Shown here one piece after another: positions 47,206 through 56,500 of a stretch of 64,000 nt of DNA. This DNA is from a virus, in IMG/VR virus record IMGVR_UViG_3300025684_000012, one strand, 5' to 3'. The notes below the pieces were generated by a model. The model searched no databases, was not told where the DNA came from, and saw only the letters and a list, made by a program, of their open reading frames with translations. How positions within the stretch are numbered: position 1 is the stretch's first letter; each line of letters begins with the position of its first letter. Both the position numbers and the translations under genes were made by a program.

Positions 47206-47508
47206 TTAACCAGCCAAAGTGACCCGTTCATCAAACTCAGTCATGCCCATTTCAAAAGGAACAATCATTTCAGTGCCAACTCGGCTGATATCAAACTCGG
47301 TAGATCCTGTTACAGAGTCTGTTACATACACTGTGTAACCATCGCACAGGTAAACCTCTTTATCCATGTCAGGATACGGTTTTCCGTAGATAGGACCTTT
47401 AGACAATACACGACCAACCAGGTAGGAATCATTCCGATCAGACATTGGACGGAAGTCCATCGCTTTGATCAGATCACCAACATTAGCAGTATTTTCGAAT
47501 TTTAACAT
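47206..47508 (-). CDS. hypothetical early protein
   Basis: Start adjusted to MLKFENT. Confidence 0.65.
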   Translation of the reverse strand: MLKFENTANVGDLIKAMDFRPMSDRNDSYLVGRVLSKGPIYGKPYPDMDKEVYLCDGYTVYVTDSVTGSTEFDISRVGTEMIVPFEMGMTEFDERVTLAG

Positions 47509-47515
47509 AATATAG

Positions 47516-47572
47516 TCTCTCTCAGTTCTCATTCAATATAGGTATTATACATGTTTGAGTGACAAAGACAAC
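47516..47572 (-). promoter_or_regulatory. early promoter cassette copy 2
   Basis: 55/57 nt identical to 43113-43169. Confidence 0.8.
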
Positions 47573-47604
47573 GCTTTTTTTCAATTATTTTGTGTTTTTT
47601 TCGA

Positions 47605-48228
47605 TTATTTTTGGCTGATCATGTAGTCAAATTCTCTACATTTTATGCAGGATCCGCAATGATCGAGGGATGGGTGCACGCAGGTATGCACTAATTGCTG
47701 GATGTGCTCAGGTAAAGTATTCCACTGCTCGAGCTTGGACATATGGGCAAGAGGCGCAGACATTGTGGTGTGTATCCCAAGCCTACCTAATACGCGCTCT
47801 ATACTACGAAAATGGTCATCCACCCAATCGGTATGCTTATCCCCAAGTTCATCCCCCGCAGTGATTATGCCGCCATTGTACCCATAGTAAATGTTTCGTA
47901 TCTGTGGGTTATTCAGGTTAACCAGTTGCGCTATATTAGTCCAGATGAAGAACATGGGAGGAGCAGACTGCCCCCACAATTTGTTCCAGTGGTCGACGGT
48001 CTGTTGTCTGTCGCAACAGGGGTCCGGATTGAAGTATTCTATAATGCGTAGGTCAACATCCAGTGCTTCCGCTATATTCTGTGCGGCCTGTAGTTGCTGT
48101 TGCCAGTGTGCACCCAACTCAACGTGAAAGCAAAGAGGTTTAAAACCTTGCTGTATGCAGTGATACAGAGCTGCTGTTGATTCAGTGCCCCCGGATAACG
48201 GTATGATACAATCGTAACTAGTCTTCAT
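47605..48228 (-). CDS. QueC-like (7-cyano-7-deazaguanine synthase family) PP-loop ATPase
   Basis: LSGGTEST, PLAHMSK, TC...HCGSCIKC. Confidence 0.75.
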   Translation of the reverse strand: MKTSYDCIIPLSGGTESTAALYHCIQQGFKPLCFHVELGAHWQQQLQAAQNIAEALDVDLRIIEYFNPDPCCDRQQTVDHWNKLWGQSAPPMFFIWTNIAQLVNLNNPQIRNIYYGYNGGIITAGDELGDKHTDWVDDHFRSIERVLGRLGIHTTMSAPLAHMSKLEQWNTLPEHIQQLVHTCVHPSLDHCGSCIKCREFDYMISQK

Positions 48229-48655
48229 TCCACGATTCCTTCAATTCATTAGAGAGGTGCTTAGAATTAATTTTCACTCCAATGAACTCATTATAAAAAT
48301 CTTCTCTTAGTAGGACGTCATACTGAAACTGTAGCTTAGCTTCGTAATACGAGCATTCGCCCTTAGTTTTACATAGGTGCAGGATCTCTCTTTTGTATCC
48401 ATCGCCCCCCTGTTCTTTAACTAACAGCTTCAACTCCTGGTTTGACCCGTAGTACGTCATCCAGTCAGATTGAACACGAGTTTTTACTTTGCGCTTCCTA
48501 GTCTTAGTGACTGGCAGCGTCTTAGGCTTCCAGAAGAATTTCTTTCCGATGTATTTCTTACCAGTGCTAAACTCGGTAATCAGATAAACGAAACCCTGAT
48601 AGTCCTCGAGGAAGGACTGATCAGGGTTAAATTGTTCATTGTTGTATAACCACAC
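48218..48655 (-). CDS. GIY-YIG family endonuclease
   Basis: GFVYLIT...KKYIGKK, YYGS, REIL, FYN. Confidence 0.85.
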   Translation of the reverse strand: MWLYNNEQFNPDQSFLEDYQGFVYLITEFSTGKKYIGKKFFWKPKTLPVTKTRKRKVKTRVQSDWMTYYGSNQELKLLVKEQGGDGYKREILHLCKTKGECSYYEAKLQFQYDVLLREDFYNEFIGVKINSKHLSNELKESWNED

Positions 48656-48708
48656 TATTTGTACACTCTACACTAACCATCGAATGTAATATATAGTGTG
48701 TCTGTAAC

Positions 48709-48849
48709 TTAGTCGTCCATATCAGTGGGTTCTGGCTCTACATCCTCTCCGCACATAGGACAGTGAGCTGGACGTTCTTCATCATACCTCACTTCTACTA
48801 CGGTGAGGATATCGCACACTGGACAGTTTATTTCAAACTGATTTCCCAT
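48709..48849 (-). CDS. 46-aa zinc-ribbon protein
   Basis: CPVC...CPMC; coupled to the nrdB stop; read manually. Confidence 0.7.
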   Translation of the reverse strand: MGNQFEINCPVCDILTVVEVRYDEERPAHCPMCGEDVEPEPTDMDD

Positions 48850-49841
48850 TAAGCTACCTCTCGTTCAATATAATCCCATCCATAGTCGTCCCCTTCCATT
48901 CCGACTACAGAATATTCCGTCACACGCTTCTCGAAAAAGTTATCATGTGACGCCCCATTAAGTACCCAATCCAACCAAGGAAGAGGGTTGTGTTTCGCAG
49001 AGAACAACGCTTTCATACCAAGCTGAAGTAGTCGTCTATCTGCAATATGACGTATGTATTGTTTTACTTCTTCCTTATCAAGCCCCTGTACCTGTGTACC
49101 GTCTCCACCTGCATAAGCTAGGTCGATAAACTTATCTTCCAGCTTAACAGCGTTGCGAGCCATCTGATAGATCTTAGACTTGAGCTCGTCATTAACAATG
49201 CGCGGATGTTCATCACAGAACTCGCGGAACAACTTAGCATTACCTTGTACGTGCAGAGACTCGTCACGGATTGACCACTCAACGATTGTCCCCATACCCT
49301 TCATCTTACCGAAACGTTGGAAGTTGAGCAGCATAACAAAAGAAGCAAATACGGACATACCTTCGTTGAATACAGACTGAGCTAACGCTAACGCTAACCC
49401 TGTATGAGAGTTGATGTCTCCTTCTTTCATGAAGTTAATCTTATCTGCCATCTCCTTGTATTCTAGGAATTTATGGAAGTCTTCGTCGGGTAACCCAAGA
49501 GTGTCATTCAACAAGGCGTATGCCCGTTGGTGTACAGCCTCACGAGCAGCAAATGATGAGAGCATATTACGCACCTCATTATTCTTAAACTTAGGAATCA
49601 GCAACTCGTGGTAGTTTTCTCCTACTTGAACATCTGATTGTGTGAACAGACGAAGGATGTGAGTAATGAATTCCTTCTCCTGCTCAGTTAACTTGGTCTT
49701 CCAATCTTGCACATCCTCTGAAAGCTCGGCCTCATCTTCAATCCAATGAACCTCTTCGTGCTTCTTAGATAGTTCGACGGCCCACGGATAATGAAACGGT
49801 TTGTATGACTCTGAAAAATTTAGTAGTTTTGATTTTGACAT
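48849..49841 (-). CDS. nrdB: ribonucleotide reductase class Ia beta subunit
   Basis: FTQSD, EAVHQRAY, EG, RDESLH, NFFEKRVTEYS. Confidence 0.95.
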   Translation of the reverse strand: MSKSKLLNFSESYKPFHYPWAVELSKKHEEVHWIEDEAELSEDVQDWKTKLTEQEKEFITHILRLFTQSDVQVGENYHELLIPKFKNNEVRNMLSSFAAREAVHQRAYALLNDTLGLPDEDFHKFLEYKEMADKINFMKEGDINSHTGLALALAQSVFNEGMSVFASFVMLLNFQRFGKMKGMGTIVEWSIRDESLHVQGNAKLFREFCDEHPRIVNDELKSKIYQMARNAVKLEDKFIDLAYAGGDGTQVQGLDKEEVKQYIRHIADRRLLQLGMKALFSAKHNPLPWLDWVLNGASHDNFFEKRVTEYSVVGMEGDDYGWDYIEREVA

Positions 49842-49866
49842 ATGTAATTTGTATTCCTATTAGGAT

Positions 49867-51879
49867 CTAGCCTTCGCATGCGCGGCAAGAATTATCTTCT
49901 TCTGGTGCGTCTATTGAGCACGCTTCTTTGCTCGAGAATTCGCTCATCAGTTCATCGTACCCGCCTACGTAGCGACCCTCGATATAGATTTGAGGAACTG
50001 TTTTAACTTTGCGACCTGTAACTTCAGCAGCAGTCTTGCCCATCTGATCCAGGTCTATGTAGTCGTATGGTATGCCGCGTAAAGATAGTTCATCTCTCGC
50101 CAGCTGACAGTATGGACATTTAGCCTTACCGTATATGATTGATCTAACATCTCCTTGTAGAGCAACCCGTTCAACTTTCTCACTGACGTTCTCTGCGCGA
50201 CTCTTAGCTTCTGTGCGCAGATAATACAACCCTTTTAGACCGTCCTTCCATGCCTTGATGTGGACAGCATTGACTACAGACTTATGTGTTCCTGACGGGA
50301 AGAACAGATTAACGGACTGACCTTGACAAATATACTTCTGGCGATCTGCAGCGTGTTGAACTACCCAGGATTGGTCTAACTCTTGAGCAGTCTTATATAT
50401 AGACTTTTCGCCCTCAGTTAGGAACGGTAAATGTTGAACTGAGCCTCTATTTGTGATGATGGATGTCCAGATAGAATCGTTGTTCATACCTCTTTCTTCC
50501 AACAAAACCTCAAGGTGTTTGTTTTTAACCAAGAAAGACCCCGCACGAGTACGGTGGGTGTACGCACACGCTTTACTTGGTTCTATCGATGGGGAAGTGG
50601 ACAGTATAACACCGGAGGATGCGTTCGGTGCAATTGCCAATAAATGTGAGTTTCGTCGACCTGTTCCGATACCATCGGGATACTCTCCCCTTTGTTCAGC
50701 GAGAAGTTTAGTTTCCGCAATGGCTTCTTCGTTGATACGTTGAAAGACAACCTGATTGATTCCTTTCGCAGCTTCACTTTCCCACGCCACTCCGTGTTTT
50801 TGTAGTAGTGAGTGAAATCCCATCGCACCAAGCCCGATGGAACGTTCTCGTTCTGCACTGTACTTTGCTCTTGAAATTGAATCGGAGGCATGCTCGATAA
50901 AGTGCTGCAAGACGTTGTCAAGCATACGAATAAGATCGCGCACAATATTTGTATCTTTCCACTCATCATAGTATTCTAGGTTAAGTGAGGATAGGCAGCA
51001 AACAGCAGTGCGCTCAGCAGAAGTTGGCAAATGAATTTCGTTACAGAGATTGGAACCATTAATACGAAGACCAAGATCTTTAAGATTCTGTGGCAGATGT
51101 CGGTTCGCTGTGTCGATAAAGTTAAGATATGGCTCTCCAGTTCGGAAACGTATTTCAAGCATACGCTCCCACAGCTTGCGAGCATTAACAGTTTCTTTGA
51201 CAGCGCCATCTTTAGGATCTCTTAGATCGAATTTCTTATTATTTATAACAGCGTCCATAAATTCATCGGTGATGTTGACCGCGTTGTGCAGATTTAATGC
51301 TTTACGTTGCACATCGCCCGTAGGTATACGCATATTCAGAAACTCTACGATCTCGGGGTGACTGACATCCATGTACGCCGCATAAGAACCTTTACGGGTC
51401 TTGCCTTGACGGTATGCAATCATATCAGCATCTACGGTGTGGAGGAAAGGCATCGGTCCTGGAGCAATATCACTGACAGTGCGAACGTCTGACCAGTGAC
51501 CACCTACGCCACCGCCCATGATAGACAACCAACGCAATTCTGCTGTGTGGCTAATCAGACCTTCGAGCGTGTCGGGTACATAGGTCAAGAAACAAGAAAT
51601 AGGTAGGCCGCGAGTCTTTTTACCCTCTTGAGGGGCGTTGGACAAAACAGGCGAAGCAAACATAAACCATTTGCGGCTCACATAGTCATATAGACGTTCC
51701 GAGAGACCTTCGTCCAAATCTCCTTTATACGTTGACCACGCTGCAGCTGCTCTTGCGTACGCTTGCTGGGGTGACGTTTCACCTTCTATCATGTAGAAAT
51801 CTTTCAACATTCCCACTGCATAATCTGTTAACAACTCGTCCCGAGTTAGATCAATTTTTATTGTCATTGTGTAATCCAA
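49867..51879 (-). CDS. nrdA: ribonucleotide reductase class Ia alpha subunit with fused glutaredoxin domain
   Basis: PISCF, SNLCNEI, AIAPNASS, LYYLR; CPYC...TVPQI...GGY; C-terminal CRACEG. Confidence 0.95.
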   Translation of the reverse strand: MDYTMTIKIDLTRDELLTDYAVGMLKDFYMIEGETSPQQAYARAAAAWSTYKGDLDEGLSERLYDYVSRKWFMFASPVLSNAPQEGKKTRGLPISCFLTYVPDTLEGLISHTAELRWLSIMGGGVGGHWSDVRTVSDIAPGPMPFLHTVDADMIAYRQGKTRKGSYAAYMDVSHPEIVEFLNMRIPTGDVQRKALNLHNAVNITDEFMDAVINNKKFDLRDPKDGAVKETVNARKLWERMLEIRFRTGEPYLNFIDTANRHLPQNLKDLGLRINGSNLCNEIHLPTSAERTAVCCLSSLNLEYYDEWKDTNIVRDLIRMLDNVLQHFIEHASDSISRAKYSAERERSIGLGAMGFHSLLQKHGVAWESEAAKGINQVVFQRINEEAIAETKLLAEQRGEYPDGIGTGRRNSHLLAIAPNASSGVILSTSPSIEPSKACAYTHRTRAGSFLVKNKHLEVLLEERGMNNDSIWTSIITNRGSVQHLPFLTEGEKSIYKTAQELDQSWVVQHAADRQKYICQGQSVNLFFPSGTHKSVVNAVHIKAWKDGLKGLYYLRTEAKSRAENVSEKVERVALQGDVRSIIYGKAKCPYCQLARDELSLRGIPYDYIDLDQMGKTAAEVTGRKVKTVPQIYIEGRYVGGYDELMSEFSSKEACSIDAPEEDNSCRACEG

Positions 51880-51882
51880 ATT

Positions 51883-52224
51883 CTATGTTGAATAATCGTA
51901 AAAAGGTTCGTCTTCTTGGAAGTCGTAATCCTCAATCACCATTTGCTTACCGGATGCATAAAACTTCTCGGCACATTTCTTAATGTATTCTACTTGCTCA
52001 TCATCGTCAAGTAGTCCTTCCCACATCATGTGATTGAGGAATGACGCATTTATATTCTTGACTAGGGAGCAATCATGTGGTACGTATTTAGTATTCGCAC
52101 CATGGAGGAATACGTATATACGTTCACAGTCTTTGTAAAGTTCTTCAGTCTGTTGTAATGATTCAGCGCCGACCGGCGCATCAAAGATAACTATCTTGTA
52201 GTTGGTACAATCGATCACTTGCAT
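51883..52224 (-). CDS. hypothetical protein
   Basis: AAGGAG SD. Confidence 0.65.
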   Translation of the reverse strand: MQVIDCTNYKIVIFDAPVGAESLQQTEELYKDCERIYVFLHGANTKYVPHDCSLVKNINASFLNHMMWEGLLDDDEQVEYIKKCAEKFYASGKQMVIEDYDFQEDEPFYDYST

Positions 52225-52278
52225 AATATACTCCTTAATAGGGTTAATTATATAGGAGATTGGCTGATAAAGCTAGCT

Positions 52279-52458
52279 TTATTTGTTGCGACTGGTCATT
52301 CTTTTTAGTAGTTCTACCTGATGCTTACGTTTGTTGCGGCGGTCATACTTCTTACGTACGACTACAGTGGTGTTATCGTCACCTGCACCTGGAACAGCTG
52401 TTGTGGTCATCGACAGCTCTTCGTCAAACTTCTGGATAAATTGTTGTAACGTATACAT
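52279..52458 (-). CDS. small protein, possible internal head protein
   Basis: Start adjusted to MYTLQQFIQKFDEE. Confidence 0.55.
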   Translation of the reverse strand: MYTLQQFIQKFDEELSMTTTAVPGAGDDNTTVVVRKKYDRRNKRKHQVELLKRMTSRNK

Positions 52459-52459
52459 G

Positions 52460-53026
52460 CTAAACCCTTTTAAGTAATATGGCTGTGTTATTACCGCTTC
52501 GACTATCATAGTCAAATGTGTACATTTTCTCATATGGAAAATCATCTTTCTTCAAAAAGTGATTCACTAAATCAGTAACGGATCGAAACCATTTCTCGTG
52601 ATAGTCATCTACTATAATATACTTAACATTGGCCCTGGAACATAATACCAGATCACTTGTAAGGCCTGCAACGGAATGATCCCCATCCACGAAGCATGTA
52701 TCGAACCCTTCCACTTGGGCAGGAGTCAAGTTTATACTATTACATTCATAGAAGTCGAATCGATCCCCGTATCTTTGCTTAATCTTAGCAGCATTGGGTA
52801 TTGTATACTTATGTTGGCAAATGTCAACGGAATTGAGGTATAGATCTGGATTTAACTCGAGCCACATACAAGCACTGTGTCCTGCATTGAACCCTATTTC
52901 GAAAATGCGGCTAGCCTGAGTGTCCTGTAATACTTTAGTCAGTGCCGCAACCGTTCTATCAGTGGCGACCATATGTCCTTCGAGCGTGCTCTTAACATCG
53001 TCGGTTAGAAATGAGGTGTCTATCAT
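52460..53026 (-). CDS. class I SAM-dependent methyltransferase
   Basis: EIGFNAGHSA, FVDGDH, IIVDD. Confidence 0.88.
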   Translation of the reverse strand: MIDTSFLTDDVKSTLEGHMVATDRTVAALTKVLQDTQASRIFEIGFNAGHSACMWLELNPDLYLNSVDICQHKYTIPNAAKIKQRYGDRFDFYECNSINLTPAQVEGFDTCFVDGDHSVAGLTSDLVLCSRANVKYIIVDDYHEKWFRSVTDLVNHFLKKDDFPYEKMYTFDYDSRSGNNTAILLKRV

Positions 53027-53622
53027 TTAGTTAGCTCAGCGGATGAGATTAATATACGTTGATTGGATTTCATATGTATCCCTTCGTAAATGCAGATGCC
53101 CAGCACGGAGTGTACCGGAAGCGTTTTGCCTTCCTTAATTCTAATCTGGTCGCCCTTGCGAACAACATCAGCTAAAGAGGTCGTCATACTATCATTCTGA
53201 ATACGATACACACCTGGGCTAAGCGATTGATCTTTGAGTACGTACCATTGAGATTGCTCAGCTAATATATCAACCATATCAATGTTGGTACTATTATGAA
53301 TCTTCTCTACATTAGCATCGGATAGCTGACCATGTTCTTTGATTAAGGCTAGTGCAGCTCCATATCGAGCGAGCACTGAGTTACCCCCAGGAGCTTTAGC
53401 TAGAATCTTCTTGAGGTTATAGACTAGGCGGTGAAACGTAGTGTAATGCTCATCGTACGCGTTTCTATTCGCTAAAATTTCTTTATCAAAGCTCTTTATA
53501 CGCTGAGCCTTATCGTCGATTATACCCGCTTTGAACGCCTCAGTTTCTTCGATAGGCGTAGCTAGTAGTTTCAAAAAGCGAATTGTGTATACTAGATCCG
53601 CTGCAGATTTTAATAATCCCAT
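53023..53622 (-). CDS. conserved hypothetical T4-like protein
   Basis: RFLKLL..P.....AFKAGIID, YTTFHRLVYNLK. Confidence 0.75.
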   Translation of the reverse strand: MGLLKSAADLVYTIRFLKLLATPIEETEAFKAGIIDDKAQRIKSFDKEILANRNAYDEHYTTFHRLVYNLKKILAKAPGGNSVLARYGAALALIKEHGQLSDANVEKIHNSTNIDMVDILAEQSQWYVLKDQSLSPGVYRIQNDSMTTSLADVVRKGDQIRIKEGKTLPVHSVLGICIYEGIHMKSNQRILISSAELTK

Positions 53623-53990
53623 TTTATTTGTCTCAGTTTGGTTACAACATGGGCATCCATATCGATACCAGTAATTTCATCGTTCTTGATAATTCGGAGA
53701 AAGATCAGAAATGGCTTGAGCGCAGGCCAGGATTCCAGCTCCACTTTGACTGCCAGCATTTCAACTGTTGCCTCTGCCCCAAATACATTATAAAGCACTA
53801 TTAAATGGTTGAGTATTAGACGTTCAGACATTTCACCAGTTGTACGGTATTTATTAAGTAACCGTTTTACATATTTAATACGCTTTAAATCACTAAAAAA
53901 CTCATCGCCATCAATGCATGATGGATTATAGTAATGTTTAGCTGCGTACACGATGAGATTAGTCTTTGTTAACTTCATGATATGGGTCAA
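53610..53990 (-). CDS. conserved hypothetical T4-like protein
   Basis: YAAKHYYNP.C, DLKRIKYVKRL, RLILNH. Confidence 0.75.
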   Translation of the reverse strand: MTHIMKLTKTNLIVYAAKHYYNPSCIDGDEFFSDLKRIKYVKRLLNKYRTTGEMSERLILNHLIVLYNVFGAEATVEMLAVKVELESWPALKPFLIFLRIIKNDEITGIDMDAHVVTKLRQIKWDY

Positions 53991-54100
53991 CTATTTCCTT
54001 GAGTATAGTGCGTTGGTTCTTATGGTATTTAGTAGTGATACTAACTCATACACGCTCAACGACTAAACGGTAGGATGACTTTTTTTAGGACTAAAGGTAT

Positions 54101-54125
54101 TGGACTGCCCTAAGGAGGCAGTCCA
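54101..54125. terminator. stable hairpin, likely terminator
   Basis: TGGACTGCC ... GGCAGTCCA 9-bp inverted repeat. Confidence 0.55.
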
Positions 54126-54166
54126 TACTATTGTTCACTAGTACATAATATTAGATTATATTACCA

Positions 54167-54394
54167 CTACTTGTAGTAAATATTATTCTCGTTCAGCTGC
54201 TTGATCAACGCATCCTTTCTTTTACGGCGATCGAGCTTGATACCATTCTCGGCACCGAGAGCATCAAGCTCTTCCTTCGTCATTTCTTCCAAACTGACGT
54301 GGTTACATGGGGCTTCCTTTAAAACGGATGGCTCCTGTTGATCATCTTCATTTCGCTTAAATATAGAATTAATGAAACTCCATAGTAGTTCCAT
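54167..54394 (-). CDS. small protein with HeH-like motif
   Basis: MTKEELDALG...GIKLDRRKRKDALI. Confidence 0.65.
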   Translation of the reverse strand: MELLWSFINSIFKRNEDDQQEPSVLKEAPCNHVSLEEMTKEELDALGAENGIKLDRRKRKDALIKQLNENNIYYK

Positions 54395-54397
54395 ATC

Positions 54398-54619
54398 TTA
54401 CTCCTCAACTAAGTCGTCTTGCTCAAATTCAATTTCGTCGGGTTCTGCGGCCAAAACAGCTACATCATGTTTATCACCAACCCCATTACGGGCATCGTGC
54501 CACTCAGAAACTTGCTTCTTACTGAATTTTTGAGACTTCAATAATTCGCCAGTCTTAGGGTTGACCCAACCTTTTACTGTCGGCTCTGCACCAACACACC
54601 AATTTGGAGATTTAATCAT
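54398..54619 (-). CDS. hypothetical protein
   Basis: PNWC..A.PT.KGW.NPKTGELL. Confidence 0.65.
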   Translation of the reverse strand: MIKSPNWCVGAEPTVKGWVNPKTGELLKSQKFSKKQVSEWHDARNGVGDKHDVAVLAAEPDEIEFEQDDLVEE

Positions 54620-54620
54620 C

Positions 54621-55556
54621 TTAGTTTCCTTTTACAGGTTTTTTGTCGCCATTAGACAGGTTATCATTGCCACGGTTTGGTGCCTGCTTAGTAACTTGAC
54701 CAGCTTTAGTCGCCATATCGTGACCTTTTTCTTCGCCATCCTCAATCTTCTTATCAGATTGCTTATGCTTGGCGATGAATTCTTTTGACTTAGGGGATTC
54801 TTTAGAATCAATCTCTTCCGGAGCTAATGCGTCCTTTGTGTGACTAGCCGCCTCTTCAATTTGTGACCACAAGGCGATGAATGCTTCGCGAGTATCAACC
54901 GATTCAATCTTAGATATTTCTGCTTTCTTATCTGATTGGTGGTCGCTATCCTTGAAGTCTTTAGTTGATGAAGACTTGGGAGCGCCTTTAGATTTCTTGG
55001 GGGCTACAACAGGTTCTTCTTCAGAGTCACCATCTTCCACAGCTTCGTTCTTAGCAATAGCTTTGCGACGCTTTTTAAGATACTCGTCGGACTTGTCTGT
55101 GTCGCCGTCATTATCGACGTCGTCGTCTTCTTGTCCAACAGGATCCATAGCTTCTTTCTTGTTGTAAAGGCCTTTTGCCATCTTTTCTTTAGATGACATC
55201 TTTTCCTCTACTTCCGCCTGCTCTTTGTTTGACTTCATCCGTGAACATGCTTCCATGTATGATTGTAATGACTCACCAAGATCCACAGACTCGTCGAATT
55301 CGTATGACTCTTTAACATGCATACGCTCGCCTTCTTTAGTACCGTGCATCAAGGCGCGCGCAACAACTTTATGGCCGCCCCTCTTGAGTTGCTTTTCGTG
55401 ACGGTGAGCATCGTTTGCAGTGAATACAATTGTGCTATGCTCATTGCCGGTCTTCTTATCCTTATGGTAGATCTTGATACCAGTTGGATTGCCTGACTGC
55501 TCGGAGACTTTCATTGACTTGTACGCCTCCATAATTTTCGAAATATTGTTTGACAT
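54621..55556 (-). CDS. highly charged putative internal head protein
   Basis: DPVGQEDDDVDNDGDTDKSDEYLKKRRKAI module; many x-x-E sites. Confidence 0.65.
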   Translation of the reverse strand: MSNNISKIMEAYKSMKVSEQSGNPTGIKIYHKDKKTGNEHSTIVFTANDAHRHEKQLKRGGHKVVARALMHGTKEGERMHVKESYEFDESVDLGESLQSYMEACSRMKSNKEQAEVEEKMSSKEKMAKGLYNKKEAMDPVGQEDDDVDNDGDTDKSDEYLKKRRKAIAKNEAVEDGDSEEEPVVAPKKSKGAPKSSSTKDFKDSDHQSDKKAEISKIESVDTREAFIALWSQIEEAASHTKDALAPEEIDSKESPKSKEFIAKHKQSDKKIEDGEEKGHDMATKAGQVTKQAPNRGNDNLSNGDKKPVKGN

Positions 55557-55579
55557 TAAGTGTCTCCGTTAAACGTTTA

Positions 55580-55891
55580 TTAGCTACCAAAAAAGAGTTT
55601 TAGAGCAGCACCAACAACCACTGTAGTAGCTATACTTAGAACAAACTGCATTACTTTAACAGTCTTACCCTGTTCGGTAACTTCATCTTCCAACTCATCC
55701 ATGCGAGCAGAGAAACGGTTCATTCGTTCAAAATGCTGATTATTTTGCTTTTCAATGTTAATCAATTTCTCCTCAGCCCTGGCCAAGTCGATCATAGCGT
55801 CAGATAGTTTGTCAATTTTCTGTTCGATCCGCTCCAGGCGGGATTCTTCGCGTTTTACATGATCAACTAAGTCAAAGTGCTGTTGAGACAT
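55580..55891 (-). CDS. coiled-coil protein with C-terminal TM segment (XhlA/holin-like architecture)
   Basis: RLERIEQKIDKL; hydrophobic tail; late promoter at 55939-55946. Confidence 0.6.
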   Translation of the reverse strand: MSQQHFDLVDHVKREESRLERIEQKIDKLSDAMIDLARAEEKLINIEKQNNQHFERMNRFSARMDELEDEVTEQGKTVKVMQFVLSIATTVVVGAALKLFFGS

Positions 55892-55951
55892 CAGTTAAAC
55901 CTTTTTGTTGTTTTGGGTTAAAATTTTTACTTACACTGTATTTATACAGTA

Positions 55952-56278
55952 TCAACTATCTACTTTTGCTCCGGCGCGCCATTGGTAACATGACCAGTAT
56001 CGAGCCTTCCACTTAGGTCCGGGGTTATCGCATTTATGTCTTGCTCTAAAACTTTTACGTCGCTCTGGATCATCCCTCTTTATAGAGAGGTTTGGATCAC
56101 CAAAGTTAACCTTTACCACGTTACCCTTGTCGTTCTTTACGTACACAGAAAACTTCTTAGGACCATCAGGAGTACGGAACGGGTTATTAAGCTCAACCTT
56201 TCTCCCCTGATACTCAGCTGCTTCTGAGACTAACTCCTCGCAAGTACATTCTGCTATATAAGACTTAAATGTTAACAT
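55952..56278 (-). CDS. putative internal head protein
   Basis: MLTFKSYIAE N-terminus; KVNFGDP...RRKSFRARHKC...ARYWSC. Confidence 0.7.
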   Translation of the reverse strand: MLTFKSYIAECTCEELVSEAAEYQGRKVELNNPFRTPDGPKKFSVYVKNDKGNVVKVNFGDPNLSIKRDDPERRKSFRARHKCDNPGPKWKARYWSCYQWRAGAKVDS

Positions 56279-56284
56279 TACTGT

Positions 56285-56500
56285 TTAACCTTCCTTGAAA
56301 CCAGCAAGTTTAGCCTTAGGTGTTTCAACGGTCTCGGCTTCTTTTTTCTTATCAGAAGTGCCAGCCTTTTTACGTTTCTTCGCCATCATAGCAGCATAGT
56401 TCTTCGGTACTTTGTAAGAGGCTTCCTCAACAGAGGATTGTTTTGATTGTATCTCAGTTGATTCGCTGAGAGATTCTCTTAGCTCAAAGAAATCTTTCAT
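56285..56500 (-). CDS. putative small internal head protein
   Basis: MKDFFELRE N-terminus. Confidence 0.55.
   Translation of the reverse strand: MKDFFELRESLSESTEIQSKQSSVEEASYKVPKNYAAMMAKKRKKAGTSDKKKEAETVETPKAKLAGFKEG

Noticed and set aside
48218-51879. Intron or intein in nrdA/nrdB linked to the GIY-YIG gene
   Set aside because: Both reading frames are continuous; the extra NrdA domain is glutaredoxin and the nuclease is free-standing
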